From: the human T2T-CHM13v2.0 reference genome, Homo sapiens
NCBI RefSeq assembly: GCF_009914755.1
Contig: NC_060938.1
Strand: one strand, 5' to 3'
Length of the DNA: 64,000 nt
Shown in pieces: positions 24,870 to 39,855 of this stretch. Made by a program: the position numbers and the translations under genes. Position 1 is the stretch's first letter, and each line of letters starts with the position of its first letter. Under the pieces are notes generated by a model. That model was given only the letters and a program-made list of their open reading frames with translations, was not told the DNA's origin and searched no databases.

Positions 24870-25945
24870 TACCCTGATTTATACTGCCTGAAGTTTATAT
24901 AATTTTGGGAGCCCTCTTTGAGGAAGATGATATATATTTATAAATGTAAATTTAAGTATAAAAAATAACATGTATTTAGAAGTAGAAAATCAATTATATA
25001 TTTTAAAAGCTAATGAATATTACGTTTTCCAAATCTGAAAAAAAGCATGTTTTTATAAGTTAACCTCTGATACAGTTCTGTATTTTTCCAACATTTCTTG
25101 CTCACATATTCTTTTTTATAATTTTGTAATCTTCAGTAGAGAGAATACAAAAAGATGTTGACTTTTCTTTTAGCATGGATGAAAAATTTTTAATTGATAT
25201 TTTAGAAAATTTTATTTAAGCTTCTCATTTCATTACTGATAAGGTCATGCCAGTTTTCAAGAATGTGATAAGATTTGTGAAAATCTATATTATCATTTGT
25301 ATTTATAAATTCTAACATCTTAAGAAGTTATTAAGTATATTTCTTGCAAGAGAGAACTTTCATTTTGACTGTTTATCAATGAGATCAAATCTTCTTCCTT
25401 TGTTTATAATTTTACATATCAAGTGACTGGAACTCTCCACCTATTAATTTCTGGTTCTGCACATTTTAGATCTTGTTTCTCCCCTACTACCCAACACACC
25501 TACCACATTCTGATTGTGTCAGGTCCACATCATAGCTAGATGTGACCTCTAGGCTCATACCTTTGTGTCCCAACCATAGGCGAGTTTACACAATATATGG
25601 GAGGAATATTCCTGAAACATATACCTACCGTGGGATGGCTTGCTATAACTTAACTACATATGGCTATGATGGCAAACCACAGAAATATATGCCACTAACC
25701 CAAACTGTCTCCCAGTCAACATTCTCCTAATCATATACCACAAAAGCCTGTGGCCTCTCCAAGCCACCTGAGCCAGGCAGAGTATATGGGAGGAGATGTT
25801 GGAGTAGAAAGAGAAAGTGATCTTAAATAGCAATGGTTAACATACCCACTTTTGTAAATAGTAGAAAAACATATGACCATAGGAACACATTGGAAGAGAC
25901 CCATGCAAGTGCAGAGTCCTAAAGTTAAGTTTCACTGGGAAACCC
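24870..25945 (-). mobile_element. hAT-Tip100-type DNA transposon fossil (Zaphod/MER115-like)
   Basis: CCTGAAGTTTATATAATTTTGGGAGCCCTCTTT and CCCATGCAAGTGCAGAGTCCTAAAGTTAAGTTTCA subterminal motifs; family assignment from memory. Confidence 0.4.
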
Positions 25946-26188
25946 ACTTTGGGGTTTATCTCTTAGATGCTGTCTTAAATGTTCCCATTGAGTCTCTTAT
26001 CCTCCAAATCAAGCTCCTTACATTTCACATTACAGGCAAAATTAATCCCTCTTCTCTGTATTCTCATCATTCATTGAAATTTTTCTTGCTTCACTTTTTT
26101 GGAAGTTCTTTATAAGTAGTTTTTGCATTATAATTAATGGTTACAAAATATTTTTTCTATTGTAAGACCTTGATTTTGTCTTAGTCAC

Positions 26189-28446
26189 TGAAATGGTTTG
26201 GCTCTGTGTCCCCAGCCAAATCTCATCTTAAATTGTACTCCCATAGTTCCCATGTGTTGTGGGAGGGACCCAGTGGGAGATAATCTGAATCATGGGGGTG
26301 GTGTCCCCCATACTGTTCTCGTGGTAGTGAATAAGTCTCATGAGATCTTATGGTTTTATCAGGGGTTTCCGCTTTTGCATCTTTCTCATTTTCTCTTGCT
26401 GCCACGATGTGCCTTTCACCTCCCAATATGATTCTGAGTCCTCCCCAGCCATGTGAAAACATAAGTCCAATTAAACTTTTTATACCCAGTCTCAGGTATG
26501 TATTTATCAGCAGTGTGAAAACAGACTAATACAGTAAATTGGTACCAGTAGAGTAGGGTGCTGCTGAAAAGAAACCTGAAAATATAGAAGTGACTTTGGA
26601 ACTGGGTAACAGGCAGAGGTTGGAACCATTTGGAGGACTCAGAAGACAGGAAAACATGGGAAAGTTTGGAACTTCCTAGAGACTTCAGTGGCTTTGATCA
26701 AAAGCCTGATAGTTATATAGACTATAAGATCTAGGCTGAAGTAATCTCAGATGAAGATGAGGAACTTGTTGGGAACTGGACCAAAGGTGACTCTTGTTAT
26801 GTTTTAAAAAAAAGGCTGGTGGGATTTTTCTCCTGCTCTAGAGATTTATGGAACTTTGATCTTGAGAGAGATGATTTAGGGTATCGGGTGGAAGAAATTT
26901 CTAAGGAGCAAAGCATTCAAGAGGTGACTTGGGTGCAGTTAAAGGCATTCAGTTTTATAAGAAAAGCAGAGCATAAAAGTTCAGAAAATTTGCAGCCTGA
27001 CAATGTGACAGAAAAGAAAAACCCATCTTCTAAGTAGATATTCAAGCCAGCTGCAGAAATGTGCATAAGTAACAAGGAGCCAAATGGTAATCCCCAAGAC
27101 AATGGGGAAAATGTCTCTAGGGCATGTCAGAGGTCTTCACAGCAGCCCCTCCCATCACAGGCCTGTGGGGGCCTAGGAGAAAATGATTTCATGAGCCAGG
27201 CCCAGGGTCTCTGTGCTATGCTGTGTGCAGCCTAAGGACTTGATGCCCTGCCCCACAGCTGCTCCAGCTGTGGCTGAAAGGGGCCAACATAGAGCTCAGG
27301 CCATGGCTTCAGAGGATGCAAGTGCCAAGCTTTGGCAGCTTCCACATGGTGTTGAGCCTACAAAGGCACAGAAGTCAAGAACTGGGGTCTGGAAACCTCT
27401 GCCTAGATTTCAAAAGATGTTTGAAAATGCCTGGATGCCCAGGCAGAAGTTTGCTTCAGGGGCAGGGCCCTGATGGAGAACCTCTGCTAGGGCAGTGCAG
27501 AAGGGAAATGTGGAGTCAGAGTCCCCACACAGCATCCCTACTGGGACACCCCCTAGTAGAGCTGTGAGAAGAGAGCTACCATCCTCCAGCACCCAGAAAG
27601 GTAGGTCCGCTGGCAGCTTGCATAGTGCACCTGGAAAAGACGCAGACACTCAATGCCAGCCTGTGAAAGCAGCTGGGAGGGAAGCTGTACCCTGCAAAGC
27701 CATGGGGGCTTCCCAAGACCATGGGAACCCACCTCTTGCATCAGTATGACCTGGATGTGAGACTTGGAGTTAAAGGAGATCATTTTGGAGCTTTAAAATT
27801 TGACTGCTCCACTGGGTTTTAGATTTGCATGTGCCCTGTAACCCCATTGTTTTGGCCAAATTCTCCCATTTGGAAGGGCTATATTTACCAAATACCTGTA
27901 CCCCCATTGTCTCTAGGAAGTAGCTAGCTTTTGATTTTACAGGCTCATAGGTGGAAGGGACTTGCCTTGTCCCAGATGAGACTTTGAACTGTGGACTTTT
28001 GGGTTAATGGTGAAATAAGACTTTGGGGGACTGTTGGGAAAGCATGATTGGTTTCGAAATGTGAGAACATGAGATTTGGAGGTGCCAGGGGAAGAATAAT
28101 ACGGTTTGGCCTGTGTCCCCACCCAAATCTCATCTTGAATTGTACTCCCATAATTCTGTATTGTGGGAGGGACCTGGTGGAAGATCTTTTGAATCATGGG
28201 AGCAGTTTTGCCCATATTGTTTTCATGGTAGTGAATAAGTGTCACGAGATCTGATGGTTTTATCAGGGGTTTCTGCTTTTGCATCTTCCCCATTTTCTCT
28301 TGCTCCCACCATGTAAGAAGTGCCTTTTGCTTCCCACCATGATTCTGAGGCCTCCCCAGCCATGTGGAACTGTAAGTCCAATTACACTTCTTTTTCTACC
28401 CAGTCCAGGTATATCTTTGTCAGCAGCATGAAAATGGACTAATACA
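26189..28446 (+). mobile_element. Full-length THE1A-like MaLR provirus: 5'LTR 26189-26533, internal 26534-28096, 3'LTR 28097-28446
   Basis: Two homologous LTRs (…GGTTTGGC..TGTGTCCCC…GACTAATACA) with THE1A-type GGGGTTTCCGCTTTTGC; perfect 5-bp TSD GTCAC at 26184-26188 and 28447-28451; decayed MaLR ORF peptide ERDDLGYRVEEISKEQSIQEVTW. Confidence 0.95.
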
Positions 28447-30649
28447 GTCACAAACACATAGAACTTAGCAATTGATGAAACTTACACATACAGGTAGGTG
28501 TCCATTTTTCTTTTAAATTAATTAAGATGTAAAACTTAAAAAGAAAACCAAGCCGATAGAAAAATTATAAGTCTCAATGTTGAAGGAAAGAAGTCAGATA
28601 AAAGAGGGTAAAACAAATCTTAAAGAAACAGAGAAATGATGCAGTGGAGGAGAGGAAAGTTGAGTAAACTCACCAAAAATACCATCATTCTTCTTAGCAA
28701 AGGAAGGAGAGTAGCTGGCATGACACAGAATAACTGAGATTTAAAGAGCAAGAGACTAACCAGTTAGAACAGTGATAAAAGCATATTATGAAGTAAAAAA
28801 GGGAGAAACAATAGATGGTGGTAGAGGACTTAGGGTTATGTCATAACTAGCTCAAAATATGAATATTATTTTATAATTCTGCCTTTTGTAATAATCCATT
28901 TTGACAGTCCAGCCACTATTGTTAGAGAAAGATTATCAGAATATTGCAATGAAGAATTCAATGTCTTAAACTACTACCAATAGAACCAAAGCTCTCCATC
29001 GAATTTCTTGACAGAGTTATGAGAACCAAGTAAAATATATCTGCAGACTTAATCCCGCTCACAGGCAACTGGTGTGTCACCTTTACTTTGGAGCCATTCA
29101 ATATATATAAAAATTATAAAGAAGGACTTTGTTCCCTCCCCATCATCTCCTCCAATGAACATCATTGCAAATCCAGAAATGGAGCCAGTGAAGGCTGGGA
29201 AATCTCACTATTCTTCGAAGTTTATTAAGCATATTCATTTGTTTATGTCATAGTGATATACTCATTATTCTAAAACTAATGTGATTAGCCCTCAACAATT
29301 ATGTGTCAATAGAAGTGATACCAAAATTAAAAATTGATGAGTTAAAAAAAAAACAAGAATGCAGTTGATTTGTCTGATTTTCATAGGACCTCTGACCAAT
29401 GAAGGTTGAAAACAATGGGTATGCATGATAAAGTAAGTTCTGTTTCCCACTTCTTAGACTACCACAAATAAAGAGCTCTACCTTGTTGCATGCAGAGTTC
29501 TGTTTCTGATTATATACGCCTTGACTGATAGAAACTAGGATTCTGCTGGAGGAGTGCCTGTGGGGAAAAGAGATTTGATTTCATTGTTACACTTATTAGA
29601 AAACTAACTCAATTTAACAGCATTATCAACAGAAACTAAATGCTAAGTGTGTACAGATGACTCCACTAGGGTTTTTTTTTTAAACAGTCATAGACTAATA
29701 GCTTCAAACTAATTCCTTCAAAACAAATGTTTAATTCAGAATTCAAAAGAGATATGAGTTTCATCACTAGTGATAACTCTGGTACTTAAGCCTTATTCTC
29801 CAGAGTCACAAGTTAATGCTTAAGGAGAATAGAAGGGGGGATTTTATAGGAAGGGCCATGAAATGCTTCCTTTCTATACGGTGTTAAATATCAGGCCCAG
29901 GTAGTATGGATTCCCTCTCTCTACTGTTTCTTAATGTAGGGGGGAAAAAACTGGATTGCCTACTGTGAAATATGAGATAGTGACTCTTGTTGAACTTTAG
30001 TCTAACTACACTAGAAAAAAAAAGAAAACTTACAATGAAGATATTTCTACATTCTCAAGGGAAATTGTTCCTATGTCTAAGTGACCTTTTCTCGACGCAT
30101 TTCTTTTAGTGTTTAACCTGAACCTCCTATTGTTTCAGTTTAATCCCATTTATCCTGGTTCACTCCCCAGTGGCCACACTGACTAAAAAGTAATGCTACC
30201 TCTGGGAATGAAGTTACAGTCTTGGATAGTTAGGTTTATCAAGTCTACCAGTGCAGGACAGGAGATAAGAGGAAATGTCTCACAAAGTCACACATGGTTC
30301 AAAATCCAATACAGGTGGCATTACACATTCAGTATTTATGAAAAATTATCTAAGCTAAAAACTAAATGTTTCATGGAAGTAAATAGAAAAACAAGAGAAT
30401 GAGAGACTATTTAATATATCTGTATATTTTACAATGGTTCCCTAAAAATTTTCTAGAAGATTCTTACATCAGTACTTTTTAATTTCAGGAAAAGAAGCCT
30501 TAATAACCAGAATAGATTCACTGAGAATAATTCAAGTTAAGTAAACTTATTTTCTTATTTTATAGGTTTCTAGACTGATAAACTAGAGAAATGAACTATT
30601 TTTCCCAGGTCTCTGGTTCATTCCTACTTGTTTGGTATGGGATAATAGT

Positions 30650-31010
30650 GAAATGGTGAAGACTAAAGGAAAACAAGTTTAGGAGAAAGAATACATTAAA
30701 TTCATGGTATCTTGAGATATACCTGTAGTGATGTGAGGTAGAGAGTTGAATACAAAAATGTGAAGATTAAAAGTATTGGTTGGAGAAATATATTTTGAAA
30801 AGGATGGAGAGGCAGGAGAAACAAAGTAAATGGAGAGGTAGAAAACAATTGGATCACGAGGTCTCTTAGAATTTGGAAAAGAAATGTTTCAAGATCATGG
30901 TAGTAAACTGCATTGTTGAGTTCTGCTAGGGAATTTAGTAAGGTCAGGAAAGAAACGTTTCCATTAAGTTTGGAAACACGGTATTTCTCTAATGACTTAT
31001 TATTATGTCT
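30650..31010 (-). mobile_element. L2 fragment
   Basis: GAAAACAAGTTTAGG...GAGTTGAATA...CCATTAAGTTTGGAAACA. Confidence 0.5.
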
Positions 31011-31940
31011 TCAATGTAATTTTTCTCTTATTTGTAACTTCAGTTTCTCAGTTGTTACCTGAAATAAGTACAGATGAAGTTTGTCAAAAGTAATGTACAT
31101 CTCTTTTTCTTATAGAATATCACTCGTTTGCCTGAGGAAAATTCACATCTTAATTACTTTGAGGAAATCTCCAAGTGCACTGACATTATCAATAGGTCAG
31201 TACAGGTCATTCCTTGCTACCTGTAGAAATGGACGCCCACCGTACCTGATGCCAATGAAACACAACTGTGGCACTCAATGCTGGAGACCTGTGATGCTTT
31301 TGTGAATAGAGAGGCAGATGGATCCCTCTGCTTATGCTACAATAAATCTGCTCGTATACAAAAGTATACAGAGGGTAGTGAGGCACCTCTATCATTTCAC
31401 ATACATTCAGTCCCATCCTCAGAAAGCACAACTATCTTCAGTATAGCTAGGCTAGCTTGACCTGTGGCTTGTCCTCCATTTCCATAGTTGGCAAATGTTA
31501 GACCTGTGTATACCACCAGCAAGTCTCCTTCTTCCCTATTGGGAAGTTCCACCTCTAGGGAGATTCTCATTATCCTTCCAGCAATCTGGTTTCCTTTATT
31601 GCCCTGCCAGTCCATCAGACGTATGTGAATATGGCAGAAGATGAATGGAGAACAGGGACTATGTGTCCCCTGCAGCAAACTTCTCAGCCCCTTTGCAAAT
31701 TAGTGGTTACAAATGGGGAGGATGGAGTTTGTACAACTTCATCAGCATTGGAGCTCTCTCTTTTACCCATCTAAGACAAGTTGTTACTTACATTCACATC
31801 ACTTCTGTGAAGTTTGAAGGGATTCTAAAAGAATCAATTTAAAATAAAAATGAACAGTTAAATAACTTGTCCAAAAGCACATAGCACATGAGTGAACGTG
31901 ATGAGCTTTAAATCTAGATATAACTGACTTCAGACGTATA

Positions 31941-33905
31941 TTCTTTATATAACAACTTTATTGAGGTGTACTTGTGCAATACACTGCACATACTTAGTGT
32001 GTACATTTTTATAAGTTTTGGTATGTTATACACCCATGAAATTATCACCACAGGAAAATAAGCATATATATATATATATAAAACAAAAGTTCCCTCATGT
32101 CTTTCTTTCTGCCCCTCCCTGACCACCACCCTCTGCATCTCAGGCAACTATTCATCTATTTTCTGTCTATTGATTAGTTTGCATTTCCTAGAATTTTATA
32201 ACAATGAACATTCATAGCACACACTTTTTCCCTCAATTTCTCTCATTTAGCATGATTGAGATTATGTTGTTTGTATACAAACAGTTCATTCCATTTATTG
32301 CATAACAGGGTTCCATTATACTGATATGACTATTTATTCATTCACCAATTAATGAATATTTGGGTTGTTTCCAGTTTGGAACCATTGCAAATAAAGCTCC
32401 TATAATCATTAAAGTGCAAAATGCAATCTTCATTTGAAGATAATATGCTTTTATTTCTCTTGGATAACACAGTGGGTGTATGTTTAATTTCTTAAGAAAC
32501 TGCAACACTGTTTTTCAATGTGGTTCTACCATTCTACATTCACACCAGCAGTGTTGAGAATTCTAATTCCTCTACATCTCAACCAATACTTGCTGTGATC
32601 AGTCTTTTCCATTTTAGCTATTTGAATAGGTGTGTTGGGGTATCTCATTATGATTTTTGTGTTTCCCTAATGACTAATGACAGCATCTTTTTTTGTGCAC
32701 TCACTTGCTATTAGTGTATCTTCTTTGGTAAAGTGTCAATTCAACTCTTTTGTCCATATTTTATTGGATTGTTTTCTTATCGTTGATTTTTTGAAGCTTT
32801 GTGTGTTAATACAATCCTTTTATCAGATGTTTGATTTTCAACTACTTTCTACCAATCTGTGTCTCACCTTTTCATTCTCTAAACAGTGTCGAAGAGTAGA
32901 AATTATTAATGAAGTCTAATTAATATTGCTTCATGTATTATGCTTTTAGTGTCTAATCAATGAAGTCAGCCTAACTTGAGGTAACAAAGATTTTTCTCAC
33001 GTGATTGTCTAGTTTTTAGTTTTCATTTTTACATTTACGTTTTTACATTGCATACATTTCATTTTTACATTAGGTAATATAATATATACCTAATATATAA
33101 TTCACTTGGAATAATTATTGGTTTTGGCTCAAGTAAGAATTACGCAATTTGATAGGAAGACTATCGCTACTCCATTGAATTTGCCTTTGTTGTTGTCTAT
33201 ATAGGTATGAGTCTATACTAAACTTTCTATTCTGTTCCTTTCTACTTGTCTATATTTAAGCCAATTCCATACTTTCCTGATGACTAGCTTTATACTAGTC
33301 TTTTTATATGTTATGAAAATAACTATTTTTAGCTTCCCAGCATTTTTATTATTCAAAGTTGTTTGTGCTATTCTAGCTCTTTCATATTTTCATGTCTTTT
33401 GGAATCCATCAGTTTCTTCAGAAAAGCTTCCTAGGATTTTGATTGTGATACGATTGAATCTACATATCAAGTTAAGGAAAATTGATGTCTTAGTAATATT
33501 GACCCTTCTAACCCATAAACATGGTTATTTTTTCACTTAGTTTTTTTCTAGACAATGTTGTATAATGATTATCTCTAAGTAACGTTCTATATTTTTCAGG
33601 TTACAGATTTTTACATATTTTTGTCAAATTTATCTTACGTTTCTCATATTTTGGATGTTATTAGAATTGTTTTTGTTTTCTGTTATTCACTGCTAGAATA
33701 CAGAAATGCAGTTGGGTTTTTGTATAGCTGATATTGGATCCTACAACCTTGCTAAGCTGACTTATTTGTTCTAGTACCGTTTTAGATATGTCATACATTT
33801 TCTACACAAATGGTAATGTCTGTGAATAGAAAGAGTTTTACTTCTTCCTTTGTAACTAGATCCCTGCTACATCTTTTTCTTGCTTTATTGCACTGGCAAA
33901 AATCC
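31941..33905 (-). mobile_element. L1MB/L1ME-type LINE-1, ~2 kb 3' portion
   Basis: AACAACTTTATTGAGGTGTA 3' end, GATTAGTTTGCATTTCCTAGAATTTTATA, TTGGGTTGTTTCCAGTTTGG and other antisense ORF2 remnants. Confidence 0.85.
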
Positions 33906-33909
33906 TTCA

Positions 33910-34040
33910 CTTAGTCATTTAAAAAATAATTTTGATTGCCTATTATTTGTCAGACATCATTATATGTGAGATGAAAACAGTGTAAATGAAACAAGCAGGG
34001 TTCTTGCTGTCATGGAGCTTAAATAACTATTCAGTTGTCT
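33910..34040 (-). mobile_element. L2 3' end fragment
   Basis: TTTGATTGCCTATTATTTGTCAGACA...CTTGCTGTCATGGAGCTTA. Confidence 0.6.
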
Positions 34041-34074
34041 GGGAAAATAGATGTATTTAAACATGAGTTTTAAT

Positions 34075-34700
<626 letters not shown>

Positions 34701-34914
34701 TTTTCAGGTAGAAGACAGAGTGGTTTCGGATTTGGACAATCAAATTTTATGAAAGCAAAGATGAATGGAACAAAAACCCTGCTTATGTTTATAATCTCAT
34801 TGGAAAGAAAAATAGATTTATGATACTGATAAATAAGTCAAATTATGGTTTGATATCAAATGAAGACATTTACAAAGTAGGGAGTAATTAATGGATATAT
34901 AATTGTACAAATTA

Positions 34915-35265
<351 letters not shown>

Positions 35266-35714
35266 TCAAATCAAATATATATATAAATATAATCTTATTT
35301 CATACACTCTGGTTACTCTCCACTTTTCCCATTTTCTTTGTCTTGAGTGCCCTTTCTTTTCCTTTACATGGTTTCCAACTAACTCGTAACTCCCACTTCA
35401 GTGTTGATCTTGAATCCCAAGGGCTTCTTTTATGAAAATCTCAAAGCTCTAGTCCTCTGTGGTCATTCTTTTTCCCCACTGATTATTTACACTTCAGTTA
35501 GGTCATCTGGAGAGAAACTATGTCTCACATCTCTAAGTATGCCTGATCCCTGCAATAACATTGACAGCATAAACTCCATAAACAGGAGCTAATATTAACA
35601 ATGACAATAATGCAAAAAAGAGAAGAGGGAGAAAAGACTACCATAGCTTCAGGCAACACAGTCAGAAGATGTTTTTTTGAAAAGAGGTGACATGTTTTAT
35701 CTCCTACTTTTCTC

Positions 35715-36430
35715 CTGATTCATTGATACATTTATTCATTAAATATTTTTTGATGACTCATAAGTCTCATCTTGCCAGAGACTGGGGACACACACACATA
35801 CAAAAACGAGGCAGACATGGCCGCTCCACTCAGGAACTTGCATTTTTGTTGTAGAAATAAGAAAACAGGCAAATACAGCGACAAATAAACAAATTAAAAA
35901 TTGTGCAAGAAATAAACCAGAGACTAGCTTTCTGTAGAATGGTCAGGGACAGCCTTTCTGAAGAACTGACAGGCTGAAATCTACAAAACAAACATGCAAA
36001 GACTGATGGGAAAAGGGAAGCAGGGGATATATTTTAGGCAGAGAAAAAGTTTCTACAAAACGTCCTGTGAAAATGACCTTAGTTTTCGGGCATGAGTGTA
36101 CAATGATTACGTGACTGGCGCATATGGGGCAAGGGGAAGTTCTAGATGAGATGAGCTTCAAGAGGTAGACAGCCCAGCTTGTGCAAGGCTTTAAGAGCTA
36201 TGGGGAAGAGTTCACATTTCATTTTAAGAATAAGTCAAGATGTTAAAGGAATTTAAGCAATAGTGTGATAGGACATGATCTTGTTTATACTTTGAGAACA
36301 TTTATTGCTCTATGAAAAATGGATTGACAAGAGTAGAGTTGGAAGGCAGTTGGCAGTAACCCAGGGATGAAATGACACTTAACTGAGGAAGGATTAAGTA
36401 GCAGATTTGGAGAGAAGTTGACAACTTTCT
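35715..36430 (-). mobile_element. L2 fragment
   Basis: ATTCATTGATACATTTATTCATTAAATATTTT, GGTCAGGGACAGCCTTTCTGAAG, GGAATTTAAGCA. Confidence 0.7.
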
Positions 36431-37600
36431 ACTTTGTGACCTGATGTAGACCCTTTAAGGAGCCCTTTGAACTTTAGGAATAACTGAATTATGCAATTCT
36501 ATCCTGAAGTCCAAGCATAAAGAAGTGCTTTGTTTGCCTAGGAAGCACATTGTTCTTTACGTGGATGCTATCATCTTATGTATAATTTTTTGGAAGAAGG
36601 CTGCTTTTGAACCAAGTTTATGGATGTCCCAGGTCTCTACCAGCCATGCTTTTGTGACACTTCAAATGACCCTTCCAACACAGCTATCTGCCACTCTGTC
36701 AGCAATAGGGCCTGCTTCTCTGCAATGCCAAGAAGTGGTATCTGCTGTGGAATATAGTTTGCCATAATACTTGCTTCATTAAGAAGAACCAGCCAGGTCC
36801 CTTTGTTATCAAAGGCATATAATCTAGCTAAGATGGAAACCTCATCATGAATAGCTGGAGGGCAGACTGGATACGTAGGCATACTCTCATGGATTAAACG
36901 ATGAGTTTCATAGCCTGGGAAACATTGTCCCCTTTCCAACACAATGCAGGCATTGAACAGAAGCCATTTTAGAAGGGCAAGAAAGCCACATACTTTTGAG
37001 ATTCGGCTACTCCTACAACCAGGAAATACCCTGGCTCACTGGTAAAGGGAGTTTATTCTAGTCTAGCCATTTTTCCATTTTTTCAAGCCCAACCTTAGGT
37101 CCAAGTATTCTCTGGCTACCTTGGAACAATATATGTCAGGGCTGGGCCCACTTTTCACCTTATCTACTGCCACATACACTGCTTGCAAAGTAAGTAAGTG
37201 GCACACGGTCTATGCCACTTATGCTTGGATTTTAGCTTACCAAAGTCTTCTGATGCTAGGAGGCAGAAAAATTGCCCCATAACTCCCAGGACGAATGCTG
37301 CTAGCCCAGATAATTTGTGTTAAACCACCCTCTCCAAAACGTGTGCAGATCTGCGTAGAGTAAGAAATCTATTCCCCCTATAAAATACTGTAGCAGTGGT
37401 TTATTTGCCGTGTCCTTATTACCTCCTGGTGCCCCATATAGTACACAGAAACTGCCTACTAAGCCTATCATCATAATTATCACTACAATGGGTTTGTTTA
37501 TCTCTAACGTGCTAGGCAAATTTCTCTTTATTTGGGTGCTTCAAAATTGGACCTCCAGGAGGTATATAACATGGCTCACATCCAAAAAGAAGGTAGTCGA

Positions 37601-38280
<680 letters not shown>

Positions 38281-39129
38281 AAGTTTTCTGCCTGGTGGGG
38301 TGTGTTGAGAGAGGATTCCCAGGGTGTTCTGGAAGGGCTTTGGGTCTCTGAGGACTATCAGGGTAGCCTCAGAGCGTTATACACTGGAGGGACCAAACCA
38401 ACTTAGGGATGCTCCCAGTGAAATCAGTGCCTCTTGGTGGCAGGCGGTTCCTCATCTTTCGGCTGATTTTCAAAAGATCTTGAATCTTCTCAGGTGAATC
38501 CAAGACCTGCTGCCCCTGATAGTTCTCTAAGTGCCTTCAGACCTTGGCATGCATTCTCTTACAGGCATCCTCCATTTATTGATGTTTTGTGTTTTCTGAT
38601 TGCACAAGCTCTTTTAACAGGAGAAAAATATAAAATTTTTGAAAAAAACACTTGTAATCCTCATATTCAGACAATGTTTAACATTATCTTGATATATATA
38701 CTGTGTATGTGTTTGATTCATATTTACCCTTTCAAAATGTGATCGTCCTACTATACATATTTTGTATCCCATTATTTGAATTCATAACTATATCATGAGC
38801 ATCTCTACATAATATTAAACATACACCCAAAGCTTTAAAAAAGCCCTTCAGTCTGAGAACTGCCTCCAGGGGATTCTAGTGCCTGATGAGGGCACTAAGG
38901 GATGGGGCAGGTAATTTTCTATCTTAAATATTTTCTTTAAATCTATTTCTTAGTACCATTTCTAGATTTTATCTAGAAAAGTGGATTGATGATTCTGAAG
39001 GCTCCTGTTCTAGGCCATATAATCTCTACTGAGGAAGCTGGAACTTTTCCAGCCACTGAAATGACAGTCCATGTATTGCCCACACAACTCTGTGGAAGAA
39101 AAACATAATGTGGTGCTGGAGAGCACGTC

Positions 39130-39330
39130 TGCAGGCTTTCTGGGTTCCCCAGCTTTGCTGGTTGCCTGTTGGGGGAACCTGGGCCTGCTATTTGCCATCC
39201 CTAAGTCTCCTTTTCCTCATTGGTGAAGTGAAAATAACGATAGCATCTATTTCATCAGGTTGCGGTAAGAATTAGATGTGATAACTCTGCATTCAGTAAG
39301 CTGTCAAATGCTAGCTTTTTCTATTATTAA
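39130..39330 (+). mobile_element. MIR
   Basis: TTTTCCTCATTGGTGAAGTG...AAGAATTAGATGTGATAA...AAATGCTAGCT. Confidence 0.6.
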
Positions 39331-39419
39331 AGCTTTAGGGGTATTAACATGAATTTATACTCACCATACTAGTCTAACTATTCTTCATAAAAGGAGGGAT
39401 TAGGGATTCAGTAGGTATT

Positions 39420-39855
39420 TTCTTCATCTTTGCCCCAACACCAGCTGCCCTCATCTAGCCCATCTGCATTGCCTCTGACTCTCACCATATGTAAATTCAC
39501 ATCATTCCTAGAGTACAACAGACCTTTTCATAAGTGATTTCATAATCACTTGTCTACACATGGTTTCTTCTGATAGAGTATGCACCCCCTCGTTTCTTCA
39601 CCCACCTGCCAAATGCTTGCTCATCCTTCAATATCTCCTCCTCTATGGAGCATTTTCCCAAATCTCCAAAGAGGAGTTGTTCTACTCTGCACTCCCACAA
39701 CACCATTTTAAAGCCAATATCCCTAACATAGCACTTAGCAGGGTGTATTTGTAAACTGCTCTGTTTACATGTCTGATTCTTCCACTGGAGCATATGCTTT
39801 TGGGGGTCCAAGGACCATGTCTGTCATCTCCAAAGAGTACAATAAATACTTAATG
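39420..39855 (+). mobile_element. L2 fragment
   Basis: TGCTCATCCTTCAATATCTC...CAAGGACCATGTCTG...AATAAATACTT. Confidence 0.55.

Noticed and set aside
26198-28457. Cluster of 60-118 aa ORFs on both strands
   Set aside because: All lie within the THE1A provirus; fragments of the frameshifted MaLR ORF or LTR noise
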